Positions 23,601 to 36,875 of a stretch of 64,000 nucleotides of DNA are shown one piece after another (the first letter of the stretch is position 1; the number at the start of each line of letters is the position of its first letter). The notes below the pieces were generated by a model. The model had not been told where the DNA came from. It did no database searches and was given only the letters and a program-made list of their open reading frames with translations. The stretch lies in assembly GCA_002269645.1 (NCBI GenBank), contig NIVC01001131.1, forward strand, positions 1 to 64,000. Direction: 5' to 3'. The translations under genes and the position numbers were made by a program. Source of the DNA: Macrostomum lignano. Lineage: Eukaryota.

Positions 23601-26531
23601 AAAATATGCTGTTCGCAAAGCAGCCATGAAACTTTGAATATGGTTTGTAACAGCTGATTCGAATAATTTTTTTATTCGTTAAATGAAATCACTCTTGTAT
23701 TATGAAGTGAGAGTGCTATGTAAACAGTCTGTTTTGGCTGTGAAGACTAAATTTTTTAGTTTCTTAATCATAGTAAGTGGGTACTTGACAAATTAAAAAT
23801 TGAATTGTTCTACTCGTAATTATGCTTGTATAATACGGTTCATTTATAACGACATTATTAACTCGGCATACCTGTATGAATAAATCGGCAACTAAACATG
23901 ATGGACCCCTAGTTAAATCTAAAACTGTCTTAGTTATACCATTCGGTAGAAGAATTGATTAACATGTAATTTTAAAGCTAATGAAACTACAAGTCAGAGG
24001 GTAGAAAATTGAAAGTATTGCTACTATATGTTGCTTCTAAAACTTTAAGCTCTCATAAAAGAAAAACTACTTCAAGAACTCTGCTAGACTGCAATTTACG
24101 GCTGAGTAGGGAAGACTCTTTGGAATTTCCTGACTGACTTTTCCCCTAAGAGCCAACTGCTTGACTAAATTTGCCTGATGAGAAGCTACTCGTCTGCGTT
24201 GCTTTCACAATGAATAGAAGAAAAAAATCAATCAGTTTTAAGGCTGTAAAATCAGAGAAAATAACTAATTTTAGCGACTTACCACACCCCACCAGAGCGC
24301 ATCAGCGTAATTGCTTATCTGTGTGTCTTGTTCGTCCTTCTCAATCAGGTACATAACAAATGAACTGAATATGAGGCCCAGGAACCCAATGTAGACTGTA
24401 GTAAACAGTTCCTGAAATTCGAATGGCAAAATAATACTATATTGTGCAATACTTTACTTTAAAAATGCTTGCAAAAATTTTAAGCCTAACTAATCGAATT
24501 ATAGAGTTGTTATTATGATTAGCTGTTAAACACAAGACTGAAGTGTTTTTTAGGGCGATTATCGGTAATTACTGTATGAATGTCCTATGCTTGAGCCTGA
24601 AACTCATCAGATTAATAATCGCTGCACGAATGTTCGAGGTACAGGTCAGAAAATGAAAGTGAAATGAAACTTTCTGAAAGCGATTTTGATTTTTCTTGTG
24701 AATGGCTGACAGCGAAAACAGAAATAGCTTCCGTTAGATAGGGCGGATTTGTAAATCTTTGTTGACAAATCTTTGTAAATAATATTCAGAAGATGTAGTA
24801 ATAATAAAAAATAATAAATAATAATAATAAATAAAATATTAATATTTATTTATTATTATCGGCGTAAACAATAACAAATGATATATAATAAATAACTAAT
24901 AATAAACAAAAAATAAAATAAATTAAATAATAAACCTTTGTAAATCTTTGTATAACATTGCTTTTCTATGTAGAAAGGTCGGGGGTTTGATTATCGCCCC
25001 ATTTAGAACGATTTGTGTCTTTGAGCAAGGACTGAACAGCCGTACGCAGCCTTCAGATGCGCCGCGCACTAGATGCGGCTGAGCTATCGGTTGAAAATCT
25101 TCCCATTAATTGGGCAGGTGTAATCAATTATTAGTATTATTGTTATATTCTTCTACTCCTACGAATAAGAAGGTGAAAAATGCATTACTAGATAATGGGC
25201 GAACTCAGGTTGAAGGACACTATACATTTCAAACTTGGTTAAAGGTCAGTTTTGCATTTTTTGCATAATCCATTAGCAGGATCGAGAGCTTTATTTAGCT
25301 CAAAACAAGGTCCTAAAAACGGGAAATTTCGAATTTTAAAACAGCTGAAAAACTTTCCCATTCCCATAGTGTCTTCTGTAGTGAAACTGGCCTATGGACG
25401 AAATTGCATGGTTTGCGAGGGTAGTGCTGTTTTATGATTTCTGAGGGTTGCTTTGTGATTTAATATTTGATGATTGATTTATCCTTTCATATTTTAGTCT
25501 TTATCACTGGTTCATCCAATGACCCGTTGCGATTATTTATTTAAAAGCTCACCTGCCGATGCGCCCAGACCACCGAGGCCAGCAGTTTCCAGCTGCCACC
25601 GCGGCGGTCCATCCGGATCATACGGAGAATCTGGAAGAACCGGAGACCGCGAAGTGCGGACGCTGCGAACACCTGGCGATCGCTGCCCAGTGCCAGCACG
25701 ATCACTGAGGCCATAATTACAATCAGATCTGAATAATAAACAAATAAGAGAGTTCTTTTTTAAACAATAAAAATTAAATAATTTTCTTGTGAATTTTACG
25801 AGCTACATTTTTTATTTAGTCTGCCGCCCTTACAAAAGGTAACTAAACCTACGGAATTGTCGTTATCTGTATTAGTCTATCATACTTCGTAGTTTGCTTC
25901 ATTCCTTCCTTCATGCTCCTTCACGCTAGCAACACTAAACATATACCAAAATTAGAAAAAATTAGGTTTAAAATGAGTTCCCTATCAGCTAATTGATTTT
26001 TGCATCCAGTAGACTGTTAAAGGGCCTTGCAAAAAAGTTAAAAGCTCTCCGCTAGCTGTTAGAAATATTCGTTTAGCATTTTATGATAAACATTCCTCTG
26101 GGACTTTTAAACGGGCGTTGTAGCCCCAAGAAAATTTTCTCCGCAAGCAGGTTTTGGCTGGTGCCAACAGGCATTTTGTAAGACTGTGTCTGGGAGCAGC
26201 TGTGTCCTGTAAGCCAGTACAAAAGCAAGAAACGGACAGCAGAGCCAATACAAGTGGAATGCAGATAGACGGGGGAAAATGAAGGAAAAGAAGTGTCTTC
26301 TCAGGTCCCGGGAGACCAGCCAAGCGCAGGTTCCCACCAGAGATAGCTACCTCGCAAGGGTGGGCAAAAATACCAAAAAGGGACAAGAAGACTGGGCTTG
26401 ATGTAGCTACATGCATCTAGAACATCGCGCTATCGCTAGGAGAAATCCGAAACCCATCAAGGAAGCGACTCGACTCATGACCTGCCCCAAACCCAATCGA
26501 CACCTTCCATTGCCCTAGCTGTCATCTTTCA

Positions 26532-26573
<42 letters not shown>

Positions 26574-28355
26574 CTTTCCCGCCTTTCCAATGGTTTCATC
26601 ATTAACTTTGTCGGCAGAGGAGACAGCCAAGAAAAAGATTCGATCTGAAGAAAATAATAATGCGAACAAGAAGATGTAGAAAAGTCTGGTTATTTTTGTC
26701 TGCTTAACAAGTTGGGATTCAGCCCCTCGGCAAGAGAGGCAAAGGATGAGAACCTCTTATGTCAGAAAGATACCAGGGTAAGACTCTGCAAAAAGTGAGT
26801 CCTTTAAGCCCTTCCCTGTCACCTAAAGCACACCGATAGTCAGCGGCTATATGAAACGTGCTGACAGGGCTAACATACCAAAAATGTATCCCATGTCTGT
26901 CTCTATCAAACCACCGAGCTCAACAAGTTCTGCAAACTGTCAGATGGTTCTGGAAGCGACGAGAAATGCGAATTGCGAGCCACACCCTTTAGACTGACTG
27001 ACTGACCGACTCGGGCGTCTGTCAGCGCTGGGCATCGCCAGAAATGCATTTAAGCGAAGCGCGGAGGAGGCACCACACCCAACCAAATATGACAGGCCGC
27101 GGCAGCTGTGAAAGGAAAACTGTAAATGAGATCTATGATGATGCGAAGCCATAGCTTCTCTATTTTTGAGATGGATTATACAAGCAGGCCGCTTTGATTT
27201 GCTTTATGCTGATTGCTGTAGCAAAAAAGCCGAAAGCAGAAAAAAGCGCCTAACGCATTGCCCGTATCTTTCTTATATTGTTCACCGAGAAAGCGCTGAG
27301 GCATTGGAGATGAAGAATCAGATATTTAGCTTTATTGCAAGCGCAGTCGCTCACAGATAGGCAGAAACTGTATCTAAGGCCCGAGTGAGGGAGAAAGATT
27401 AGAGACGCTGGAAGGAGAGAGTGCGTAAGTGGGAATAATTCTGGGGGAGAGATTTCGAAATATGCGCAACAGCTGAATTGCATCGACTTTTTAGCCTCAA
27501 AGGCCCGGCCGGGATAGCAGATTTATGCGAGATTCTGAGGAAAGACACACAGACAGGCACAGCAGCAGGAGACGTGGGAGATAGAAACACAAGGCGGGGG
27601 TCCCCCCTGCTGTTGCCGCCCATTGCTGCAAAGCCGGGAGTGGAGCTTGGAGGGCCAACCTCCCCATCTCCTTCTCTCTCCATCCTGCCTTCTGCACAGA
27701 CTGCTCTCTAAGTATGCCGCGAGTCCGCTAGGGCGGGCAAGTCCTCCCCCAATAAATCACTGAATTGGTCTTCGCCTTCAGCCATGCAGGCTGCTCTCGT
27801 TGCCCAGAGCTCTCTGGGAGGAAAGCGAAAGGAATAGGGGTTAATCCGACGGCCGGCTCAGCCCCTCAATCTCCCCGCACCGCGGCCTCTCTTGCCCTCT
27901 TTTCCCCTTTTTCTTCTCCCCTTGCCCATCTGTCAGGTGGTCGGTTTCGTCTCAGAAGACTGCTTGGCACAAAACGGGAAAAGAGGGAGAAGATGGCGGA
28001 GCAGTGGAGAAAAGGAGGGCTAGCTCATATTGATGATTCAGTGCGGAAAAGTGGGAGTAAAATACGCTTGGTGAACTTTCTCGTCCAGCCATTCGTTAGT
28101 TCTGTTCACTCATCTCTCCCTCCTCTCTCATAACCCAGCAGGCTTAGGGCCAATTCAATCTATGAATATGTTACAGAAAAATAGCTTTACTCTCAATTTG
28201 CTTTTTTGCCCATGGCGGCCCTTGTCATCGATCGGGGGAAAGTTCGCGAGAGTGGGGTTTGTTTTGTCTGACTTGGCACACACGTCTTCTGGGAAACTGA
28301 TGACTGGTGTGCATTTGGTCTTCAGTTATGTATTGGACTGACTGACTGACTGACT

Positions 28356-28430
<75 letters not shown>

Positions 28431-31400
28431 TGACTGACTGACTGACTGACTGACTGACTGACTGACTGACTGACTGACTGACTGACTGACTGACTGACTG
28501 ACTGACTGACTGACTGACTGACTGACTGACTGACTGACTGACTGACTGACTGACTGACTGACTGACTGACTGACTGACTGACTGACTGACTGACTGACTG
28601 ACTGACTGACTGACTGACTGACTGACTGACTGACTGACTGAGAAGGGTGACTGACTGACTGACTGACTGAAACTGAGCAGTCTGTCCTCGCCAGCCTTGG
28701 TAGCGGCTGCGGCACCCGGCCGACCACATGCGCAAGCAGTACTCGGTGAAGAACCAAAATAGCATCCCAGTTTCCTGTTGAAGTAAAAATGCAGATTTTT
28801 ATTCACATTTAAGTATTTTGCTTTGAACGAAACGAAACACAGACTACTTCGGACGTATCATCATTTTTTACAACCAAAAGCGTTGTTTTCGTTTACTAAC
28901 TGAATTAGGACAAAGTTATGCGTCAGCGTGTGAAAGAACTACGTTATTTTATGTACCTGAAGTCAAGATACAAAATTTCGATTATCTGCAGCCTCCGTTG
29001 CTTAGTGGTCCAGATCGTTGACATTACCCTAAGCAAGAAGTCAGGAAAAAATCCCACCCGTTCTGCCATTGATGACCCACAGACCTGGTCTGTCCAACGG
29101 TTCAAGAGACCTGCGCCTGACCTTGCCATTAGAGTGTATTGCAGCGTCAGATGACGTCCTGTGACGCTGCTTTAACGAGCATGACTCTGCACCGTACACC
29201 AAGGTTTTGTCAAGAGCAATGGTGTGTAAGTGCTTGAGGAGCATAAACGAAAACAATCATCAAGGATTTTGTGAGTGGCTATCAAATTTGAATTTCCCAC
29301 TCACCATATAAAAAAGGATTTCGCTGGCAATTTCGTTGTGCTTGAAAGCCAACTGATTTTTGCTGCAGGTGGTCGGCGGTGGACTGTGACCGCTGCTGGT
29401 AACTTTGGAGTCTTTTGGGTCGCGATGGTCTCTGACGCAGTTGGTCATGGTGGACAGCACCGAAAACACCAGACAGATGAACACGGAAGCGAAGCTGCAG
29501 TTTGTAAACCAGGTATAAAAGCTACTCGTAGATGCGTACCATCAGGGAGATGAGAGATAGATGAGTACCATCAACGAGATTAGAGCTATATGTGTGGCAT
29601 CAACGAGATTAGAGCTATGAGTAGCATCAACGAAATGAGAGATAGATGAGTACCAACAACGAGATTAGAGCTATATGTGTGGCATCAACGAGATTAGAGC
29701 TATGATTGCATCAACGAAATGAGAGATAGATGAGTACCATCAACGAGATTAGAGCTATATTTGTGGCATCAACGAGATGAGGGATAGATGAGTACCATCA
29801 ACGAGCACATAAGAGCTGAATGAGCTACATCAACGAGATTAGAGCTATATTTGTGGCATCAACGAGATGAGGGATAGATGAGTACCATCAGGGGGACGAG
29901 AGATAGATGAGTACCATCAGGCGCATGAGAGCTGGATGAGTACCATCAGGCACATGAGAGCTAGATGAGTACCATCAGGCACATGAGAGCTAGATGAGTA
30001 CCATCAGGCACATAAGAGCTGGATGAGTACCATCAGGCACATGAGAGCTAGATGAGTACCATCAGGCACATAAGAGCTGGATGAGTACCATCAGGCACAT
30101 GAGAGCTAGATGAGTACCATCAGGCACATAAGAGCTGGATGACTACCATCAACGACATTAGAGCTCTATGAGTCGCACAACGAGATGAGGGATAGATGAG
30201 TACCATCAGGGGGATGAGAGCTGGATGAGTACCATCAGGGGGATCAGAGCTGGATGAGTACCATCAACGAGATTAGAGCTCTATGAGTCGCACAACGAGA
30301 TGAGGGATAGATGAGTACCAACAGGGGATGAGAGCTGGATATATCACTGCATAGGTAGAGAAGGCTTGTGCTTGAGAAGGAACTATGCAAAAAACAAGAT
30401 GAGGAAATTAAACTAAATTAAAAAGGATGAAAGCTTTGACAGTAAGAAATAAGAATCCTTACTAATTAAATGCGACGGATGACCAGAGCAGCCTATTTAC
30501 CATTGTTCTCATGGAAACGATCTAAATTTAACCAAATTTTTAACCCGAGCAAAGAAATCTATTTTTGGCTGTTAAGAACAGAACTAATTAAGGATGTTGA
30601 GTAATTAAGGATGTTGTTTTAATGGCATGCCCAGAATCTGGTTGCATTTGGTTTTCCCGATGACAGATGGATAATTAGTTCAAGCCATTGTCAAATGGGG
30701 TTTTAAATTTCCAGTGTCTTGGTAGACAACTGACTCAAAACAGAGGCATAAAGCAGCGTTGCAGTAAAGCTGGGGTTTGGGGAAGGTTAGCTACCAATTA
30801 AAAAGAGAATGCTATAGGTTCATTGAGCTGAGTGCCATGCACCGTTCTTCACTGGCAAACATCAGTTTTTTTAATCGATACCTAAGTTCGTCGTCCACAA
30901 CAAATTTGACGAGTCAATATCCAAATTGAAATTTGCCCAATTTTCAAGCGATTATTGAACCACTCAGTTTCACTCTGCACTTGATGGCAAACATATTTTG
31001 CAGCTTTCCACTCAGTAGAGGCAGCGCTGTATATGGAAGTTCCAGGGTCTGTTAAAGTCGGGGCCAAGCTTGCTGATGCATGTGCACTCTGAGCAATTGA
31101 CTGAAAGTGTTTATTTCGGACAAACACTTACCGAGTTTGCCGCGGGCTTGGGAGGGATAGAGAGTCAATTGAAAATTGTAGCGCTTGCGACTCAAGTAGA
31201 CAGTGAGGTGAGGACAGTGTGGACAGGATGAATTCAACTCTTGCTTGCATGCATCACTGAGCCTCGCAGCGAGATCCCGGAGTGCCGCAGTGTAGCGATG
31301 TGAAAAACGATGTGAAAAAAGTGAGGTGCAAATTCAATTCCAAAAGAACGTGAGTTAGCATTCAATTTAGCAGGTCTTCAGAATGAGATTTGAGAAAAGG

Positions 31401-31794
31401 TTGAGCATCTATTCCTGAGTTTTTAATGCCCCACTATTAATAAACTTCAAGGTATGAAAACACGTGATGGGTCTACTCATGTCCAATAGACAATAATGTT
31501 GCACTACTCACACAATTACGTGATAGGTGATGCTCTGCCATGTCTTGGGCCTCTCCAGGAAGTTGTAAACCCTGGCCTGCAGTCGCCTGTACTTGGCGTC
31601 CTGCCTGGAGTTCTTCAGGCCGAGCGGCTTGCCAAGCAGAGACATTCGCGGCTTTGCGTAGCGTGCGCTGCTGCTCAGCGTTCTCAACCGATTGTCATCC
31701 GCTGAAGAGCTGACGCCGCCGCCTTCGTCCCCGTCATCGCCCGTCGGAGGAATCCGGCGGTTGCGACGATAGTGCCCAGATAGCTGTGGCTGTG

Positions 31795-31827
<33 letters not shown>

Positions 31828-31914
31828 CCAAAGTCGCGTCAGTTGTCGAGAACAGCCCTTGATCTTCGCGATCTGTGCCAAATTGGATTTGAGCTTTTGT
31901 AAAACTTGGTGGTC
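13292..31914 (-). CDS. KCNQ: KCNQ (Kv7) voltage-gated potassium channel, whole gene span
   Basis: Exons 31914-31512, 29494-29305, 28774-about 28640, 25728-25553, 24411-24283, [23359-23249 or 21996-21886], 21390-21206, 18762-18700, 18110-17901, 17002-16742, 16044-15956, 15739-15550, 14808-14712, 14616-13292. Motifs: [103 protein letters not shown]. Exon lengths fit the splice phases, apart from the exon 3 tail and a 1-nt shortfall in the last exon. Confidence 0.97.
14712..14808 (-). CDS. KCNQ: KCNQ exon, helix C-D region ([32 protein letters not shown])
   Basis: cag acceptor at 14811-14809, gtaagt donor, phase 2 to 0. Confidence 0.9.
14937..15493. mobile_element. Foldback/MITE-like element with 172-bp near-perfect inverted arms in a KCNQ intron
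   Basis: 14937-15108 is the reverse complement of 15322-15493 with about 3 mismatches; the spacer is 213 bp. Confidence 0.85.
15550..15739 (-). CDS. KCNQ: KCNQ exon, helix B/C (calmodulin-binding region)
   Basis: [51 protein letters not shown]. Confidence 0.97.
15956..18762 (-). CDS. KCNQ: KCNQ helix A-B linker exons (18762-18700, 18110-17901, 17002-16742, 16044-15956)
   Basis: Four open, GC-richer segments with GT-AG ends that chain in phase (2-2, 2-2, 2-2, 2-1) between the helix A and helix B exons; low-complexity Gly/Ala/Ser content. Confidence 0.75.
21206..21390 (-). CDS. KCNQ: KCNQ exon, end of S6 plus helix A (IQ-like)
   Basis: [41 protein letters not shown]. Confidence 0.97.
21886..21996 (-). 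CDS. KCNQ: KCNQ pore/S6 exon 6b (canonical)
   Basis: 111 nt, phase 0-0, [37 protein letters not shown], cag/gtaagc. Confidence 0.97.
22156..22213. promoter_or_regulatory. Intronic element antisense to the acceptor and filter codons of both pore exons (candidate docking site or editing-complementary sequence)
   Basis: The plus strand reads acctttggcagaatcaatcacccgtagatgcacagttggactatggtttgcgacctga, an inverted and bulged copy of tttggcag|accaccctgtgcacagttggctatggtcagac (6a) and acctttgcag|atcaccttgtgcacagttggctatggcgacgtga (6b). Confidence 0.7.
23249..23359 (-). CDS. KCNQ: KCNQ alternative pore/S6 exon 6a (non-canonical)
   Basis: 111 nt, phase 0-0, open frame [37 protein letters not shown], ttttggcag acceptor, gtgagt donor. 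Confidence 0.85.
24283..24411 (-). CDS. KCNQ: KCNQ exon, S5 and pore helix
   Basis: [43 protein letters not shown], 129 nt, phase 0-0. Confidence 0.97.
24970..25050 (+). mobile_element. Possible CORE-SINE-like remnant
   Basis: GAAAGGTCGGGGGTTTGATT (B-box-like) followed by TGTGTCTTTGAGCAAGGACTGAAC, resembling the CORE domain TGTG..CTTGGGCAAG..ACTTAAC. Confidence 0.4.
25553..25728 (-). CDS. KCNQ: KCNQ exon, S3-S4 and S4-S5 linker
   Basis: [59 protein letters not shown]. Confidence 0.97.
26537..26570. repeat. (CT)n microsatellite
   Basis: Direct reading. Confidence 0.95.
28337..28670. repeat. (ACTG)n microsatellite abutting or overlapping the KCNQ exon 3 end
   Basis: Direct reading. Confidence 0.98.
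28640..28774 (-). CDS. KCNQ: KCNQ exon 3 (S2 and S2-S3 linker); the 3' end is degraded into the microsatellite
   Basis: [30 protein letters not shown], then only traces of the expected RLxF...PFC. Confidence 0.85.
28950..29225 (-). mobile_element. RTE-like non-LTR retrotransposon fragment (post-RT region)
   Basis: Two frames give [22 protein letters not shown] and LLNRWTDQV...RVG...[12 protein letters not shown], resembling RTE-clade LLYG.ETWTL...RRLDAF / L.I.W.D.V.N...R.G...S.I..RRL. Confidence 0.55.
29305..29494 (-). CDS. KCNQ: KCNQ exon 2 (S1 plus extended S1-S2 loop)
   Basis: [16 protein letters not shown]...ASEILFYM, phase 2 to 0. Confidence 0.93.
29545..30345. repeat. Complex minisatellite built on a GATGAGTACCATCA core with variable 25-31 nt units
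   Basis: Direct reading. Confidence 0.9.
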
Positions 31915-31960
31915 CTAAGTGCCACTGGGAGCGAGACAGAAGCAGAAATAAAAATGGCAC
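31512..31960 (-). CDS. KCNQ: KCNQ N-terminal exon (polyQ; RMSLLGKPL...YNFLERP)
   Basis: ORF 31508-31960; gtgagt donor at 31511; 5' boundary uncertain (AG at 31917-31915 or about 10 nt upstream). Confidence 0.9.
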
Positions 31961-34900
31961 CCCCTACCGTCCACGATGTCTGGCGCCGCTGTCTGCCACC
32001 CCAGCGGCCGCAGAATATATTTCTGCTTTTCCTTCTCCCCTCTCCGTCTCCCACTCCTCTCTACCGATCCGCCACTTCTGTGTGAGATGATGCCCGGCCA
32101 GCAGCCTCTCAGCAACCGCAGGGCAGGAAAGGGCGAATCTTTCCCTCCCGTACCGCCTCCTCACCCCAAAAACCGACGGCGATCTTGCTCCCGCCCTGCA
32201 GGGCGGTTTGTATGTCCCCAACAATACTCCAGCAGGGACTGGGGGGAGGACTGGCGGAGGCGGGGTTGGGAGAGAGCTCGCTCGCTTGCTGTGTGTGGTC
32301 TGATGTCAATAGGTCTCATTTCCGCAGGGCGCTCATTGCCGCCCTGAGTTAGTTAGGCCCAGTTCGCAACTGCCGGCTCTGAGTACACGGGCGGTTGCAG
32401 TAGCAATAATTACTCGTGGGAAAGCCACTACCCTCTGCCAGGTGGGTAGAAAAAATTAGCCACTTCCCGTCATGGCGATAAAATCGAATGACAGCAAATG
32501 GGGGGGGGGGTAGGTCAGTCAATATGCGCTTTTCTATTGACTATATGACTATCATATTAGCCACGGGCGTACTTTCTCCATACTATACTTCCGTACTGTG
32601 GAGTCATTTTATTTTACCTGCTAATTTGCTTGTAGTTTGGCGTCCTCAGACTCCCACTTGCCACTTCCGTTTTCTGTCTTGCTCTGCATCCACATTAGTA
32701 GCCACTTGAGCATGCAATGGCAATTTTAGTGCTGGCCTGTCTGAGTTCAGAATCTGACTAATGATGCACAAACTTCACTGAGCTGTCCCGGTAACGGTTT
32801 CCGCCAGTACTCAAGCGAGCGTGATGCACTCAAGCAGGCTTAGTCATGAAGCCAAGAGCTTTTTGCCAGCTAATCTGAGAATATCAAACAGACTCGTGAG
32901 GCATAGAATTTCTGTCCAGCAAAGGGATTTAGCAAAAGCTACTCAATTCGACTCAAAAATTCTTTTTATCCATGTTTAGTCTCAATCGCAAAAGTCTATC
33001 ACACTCCGTTAGCTTGTGTGGACCGCTGCACCAGTGACTGTGAAGGCCTAGAGAAGTGGTGAATAGGACAACTTTGTGCGCGACGAAATCTTGGCCATCA
33101 CAGATGCCTTTGGATTGGAAAGCTGCAGTCCCCGGCCTAGATAGAGGTGAGGACTCAGCCGAGATACTCCCAGGCTTGAATTAGCTCTTGCTAAGCTATG
33201 GCTCAGCGGAATCGATTATTCATCGATTTTGAGTCCATTGCTTGGGCGAAGATTCCATATAGATCGAGTTACGCTGCGGTGAGGATTGGTGGGACTGACA
33301 CGGCGAGAACCGCGGGAGCCCGCGAGAGGAGTAAAATTAATTCCAGAGAACTATGCAGTTACTTACCTTATACGTTGAAAGTTCACCCTGGTCTTAATGA
33401 GGAGGGTTCGAGGAGTTTTTTCTTCCTACTCTGACGGACGCTGCGTCTCCCTATCAGATTACAGCCACCACAGGGTGCTTGAGTTCACTACGCTCCACTT
33501 ATCTCTCGAGTATTGCGCTGCAACGAGAGTATTGCGCTCTCCTTCTTTTCACCTTACGATTTGAAAATTTCTCCCTTGAGCTTAACGTATTTGCATGGGG
33601 TCGCTGGTTGCTGGTGGAGGAGCGAGCTTTATTATACGATTCAGGTGTACCCCGTGCCACTCTCGGGCGGGCTAATCCCGCAGTAACCCGCTCACATGGG
33701 CCAACCCGGGGAGGCCGTGCGACCTCAGACCCGTTTGTCCTCGGCGACGCGGCCCTCACCCCAACCTCCGGCCCAAACCGGCCGGCAGCATTGCCGATAA
33801 GAATCCCCCGGAGTAGGACAGGGCAGATACAGGACTAGAGTGACACGGGGCAAGCGAAGGGATTAAGGAATATACGCCTTGTAATATTTTTTGCTTTTCA
33901 GCTGGTAGCTGTCAAACCTTAGATTGCACGGGATAAAGTCGGCTATGCGATCAGCTATCCCACAGTACGTACTAGCGCCTCCATTTGAGCTGCATGCTAA
34001 AGCGCACCTCGTATCTATTTTTACGTAGGCCCGAAGATTCGATTGCAGCTGTAGCCTGTGCCTTTTGTCCGTTCGTTAACCTCTTAGTCTTACCTGTCCA
34101 TTGCCCAGTTCGCTATCGCTTCGTCCAGACACTTTAGTTTCTCTCCCCCCCTGTCTCTCTCCTGTCCCCCTCCCTCTGACTCCAACCTACTTTACTACTT
34201 TTTGTCGATCTATGCGATCCTATCGACCTTAGAGCCCCGGAGAGGCTGTCATTCCTTTGGCCCAGATGGAGGGGCGATAGCAGAGCACCGGGGGGCTGAG
34301 ATGAATAGCCAGAGAGCCAGGCAAGCGAACCGGTCCCTGCCCACTGTTGCACTGCCGCATCATTTTTGTTGTTCTTTCTTTTAGCGACGTCGTTTTTTTT
34401 CAATATTTTAAAAAAGAATTCGTTATAACTGGATGAAAGGACGCACGGATCGACGAAAGGAACGATAGGGGAGAGGGACAGGCCGGCTTTGTCGCAGTCA
34501 GTCCTTCGCGCAACTCCGGAGAGCCACGTGTCGCTCCGCCATTCCCATCCCCTGCCCCGCGACCCCACCCTCCGTCTGTCCCGCGGGAAATAGCGAGCGA
34601 AAAAGGCCGCGGAGGAGGCACCGGTGCTGCTTTATAATTCTGTAGGAGGCTTTGGCGCCGTTTGCTTAGAAGGGCGAAGGCGGTGGGGAAGCGCTAGGAA
34701 ATCCCAGATCCCCAACCCGACCCTGCTCGCTCTTGGCTTTCAATTTTTGATTCCCTACCAAACGCGACTCAACTCCTCGTCCCCTCCAGAGGTCCCCTAC
34801 CCCGGACTAATCTGTAAACCTTGGCGGGTCTCAATTATTATTCGAGTTGACTTGACCCGCTCGGGACCTGGGAGAGACCGGTGAGTTGGGAAATTGGATA

Positions 34901-35567
34901 AAAATATGCAAAGGAAGAATGCGGCACACAGGGGGAGATGAAAATGGAGAAGGAGAGGAAGAGAGGGGGAAACTGAGACTAAACCGAGGAAGCTGGAGTT
35001 CGATAATTTGATGACTTTAAAAAGACTTAATGATGAATAGGAGAGGGACGAGCTGTTGTGACCCAAAGCCTGCATGTGCCCTCTCTGATCTCCCTAGTCT
35101 TAACATTGATGCTGAAAAGTCAAGAAGAACTTACCATTCAACAATCAGGAGCGTAGATAAGAATCAAGCATCTAGCATTACCTATTTAGTAGAAGCCTTA
35201 CAGGTTCTAACCGAACGAATTCTTATCACTAATCCACTCGAATGCACTACAGGTGGCTTAGAAATTATTTACATACCCTCCGATCGAATCGATTCCATTA
35301 ACCCTTGACGCCGAGATAATGGCTTCTTAATTAGTTCCAACTATTGCTTTTAGGCAGGGTCTAGCGGTGTGCACGTTGGCAGTACAGAGTAACTCTGGTC
35401 GATCTGGTATGATCTGGTCAGAACAGGTTGCAGAGTTCGTAGTTCTGAAATTCTGTTCTGACGTAATTAGACTTCGACTGATTCTTTTCGCGTTTCTGCC
35501 GATTTCTGTCCCATTTCTATCGATTTTCGTCGAACCTCTACCAATTATTTTCATATTTCTGCAGATT

Positions 35568-35793
35568 TCTGCACATTTCTACCGATTTCTGTCACATTTC
35601 TGCCGATTTCTGTCACATTTCTACCGATTTCTGTCACATTTTTACCGATTTCTGTCACATTTCTACCGATTTCTGTCACATTTCTACCGATTTCTGTCAC
35701 ATTTCTACTGATTTCTGTCACATTTCTACTGATTTCTGTCACATTTCTACTGATTTCTGTCACATTTCTACTGATTTCTGTCACATTTCTACC
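35568..35793. repeat. 21-bp minisatellite (ACCGATTTCTGTCACATTTCT)
   Basis: Direct reading. Confidence 0.95.
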
Positions 35794-36197
35794 GCCAGGC
35801 GGAAAGATGGACTTGAAAAGGAGAATTGGCCTGCTAGATTCGAAAATATATTGTATATTTAATCCAAGCCTGCTTTCATTGAACTTCAGCAGTTAGTTTT
35901 TGAGGGCGCTATCGGAGTTGCTGTGCTTTGCGTAAATATTAAAACTTTTTAGAAATGCATGAAGTTACTGTTCTGCGTAGAAGAAGTAAGGAATAGACAG
36001 ATGCACTGAACACCAGCCACCCTCGGTGGGCGCATTCGGAGAGACTCCCTGCAGCAGGTGGATATTCGACCATGGGCAGGCCTAAACTGATAACCATAAT
36101 TTCGAAAAGGTTAAATTAAAACTAAACTAGACAAAGTATCCCGATTCCAGACCCATGAAGTGGCTTCTTCCTGATTGGATTGTAAAAATACTTCTTT

Positions 36198-36875
<678 letters not shown>

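Noticed and set aside
29545-30345. CRISPR-like array (also considered for 57797-58408)
   Set aside because: The inter-core sequences are themselves repeated rather than unique spacers, the context is eukaryotic, and there are no cas genes.
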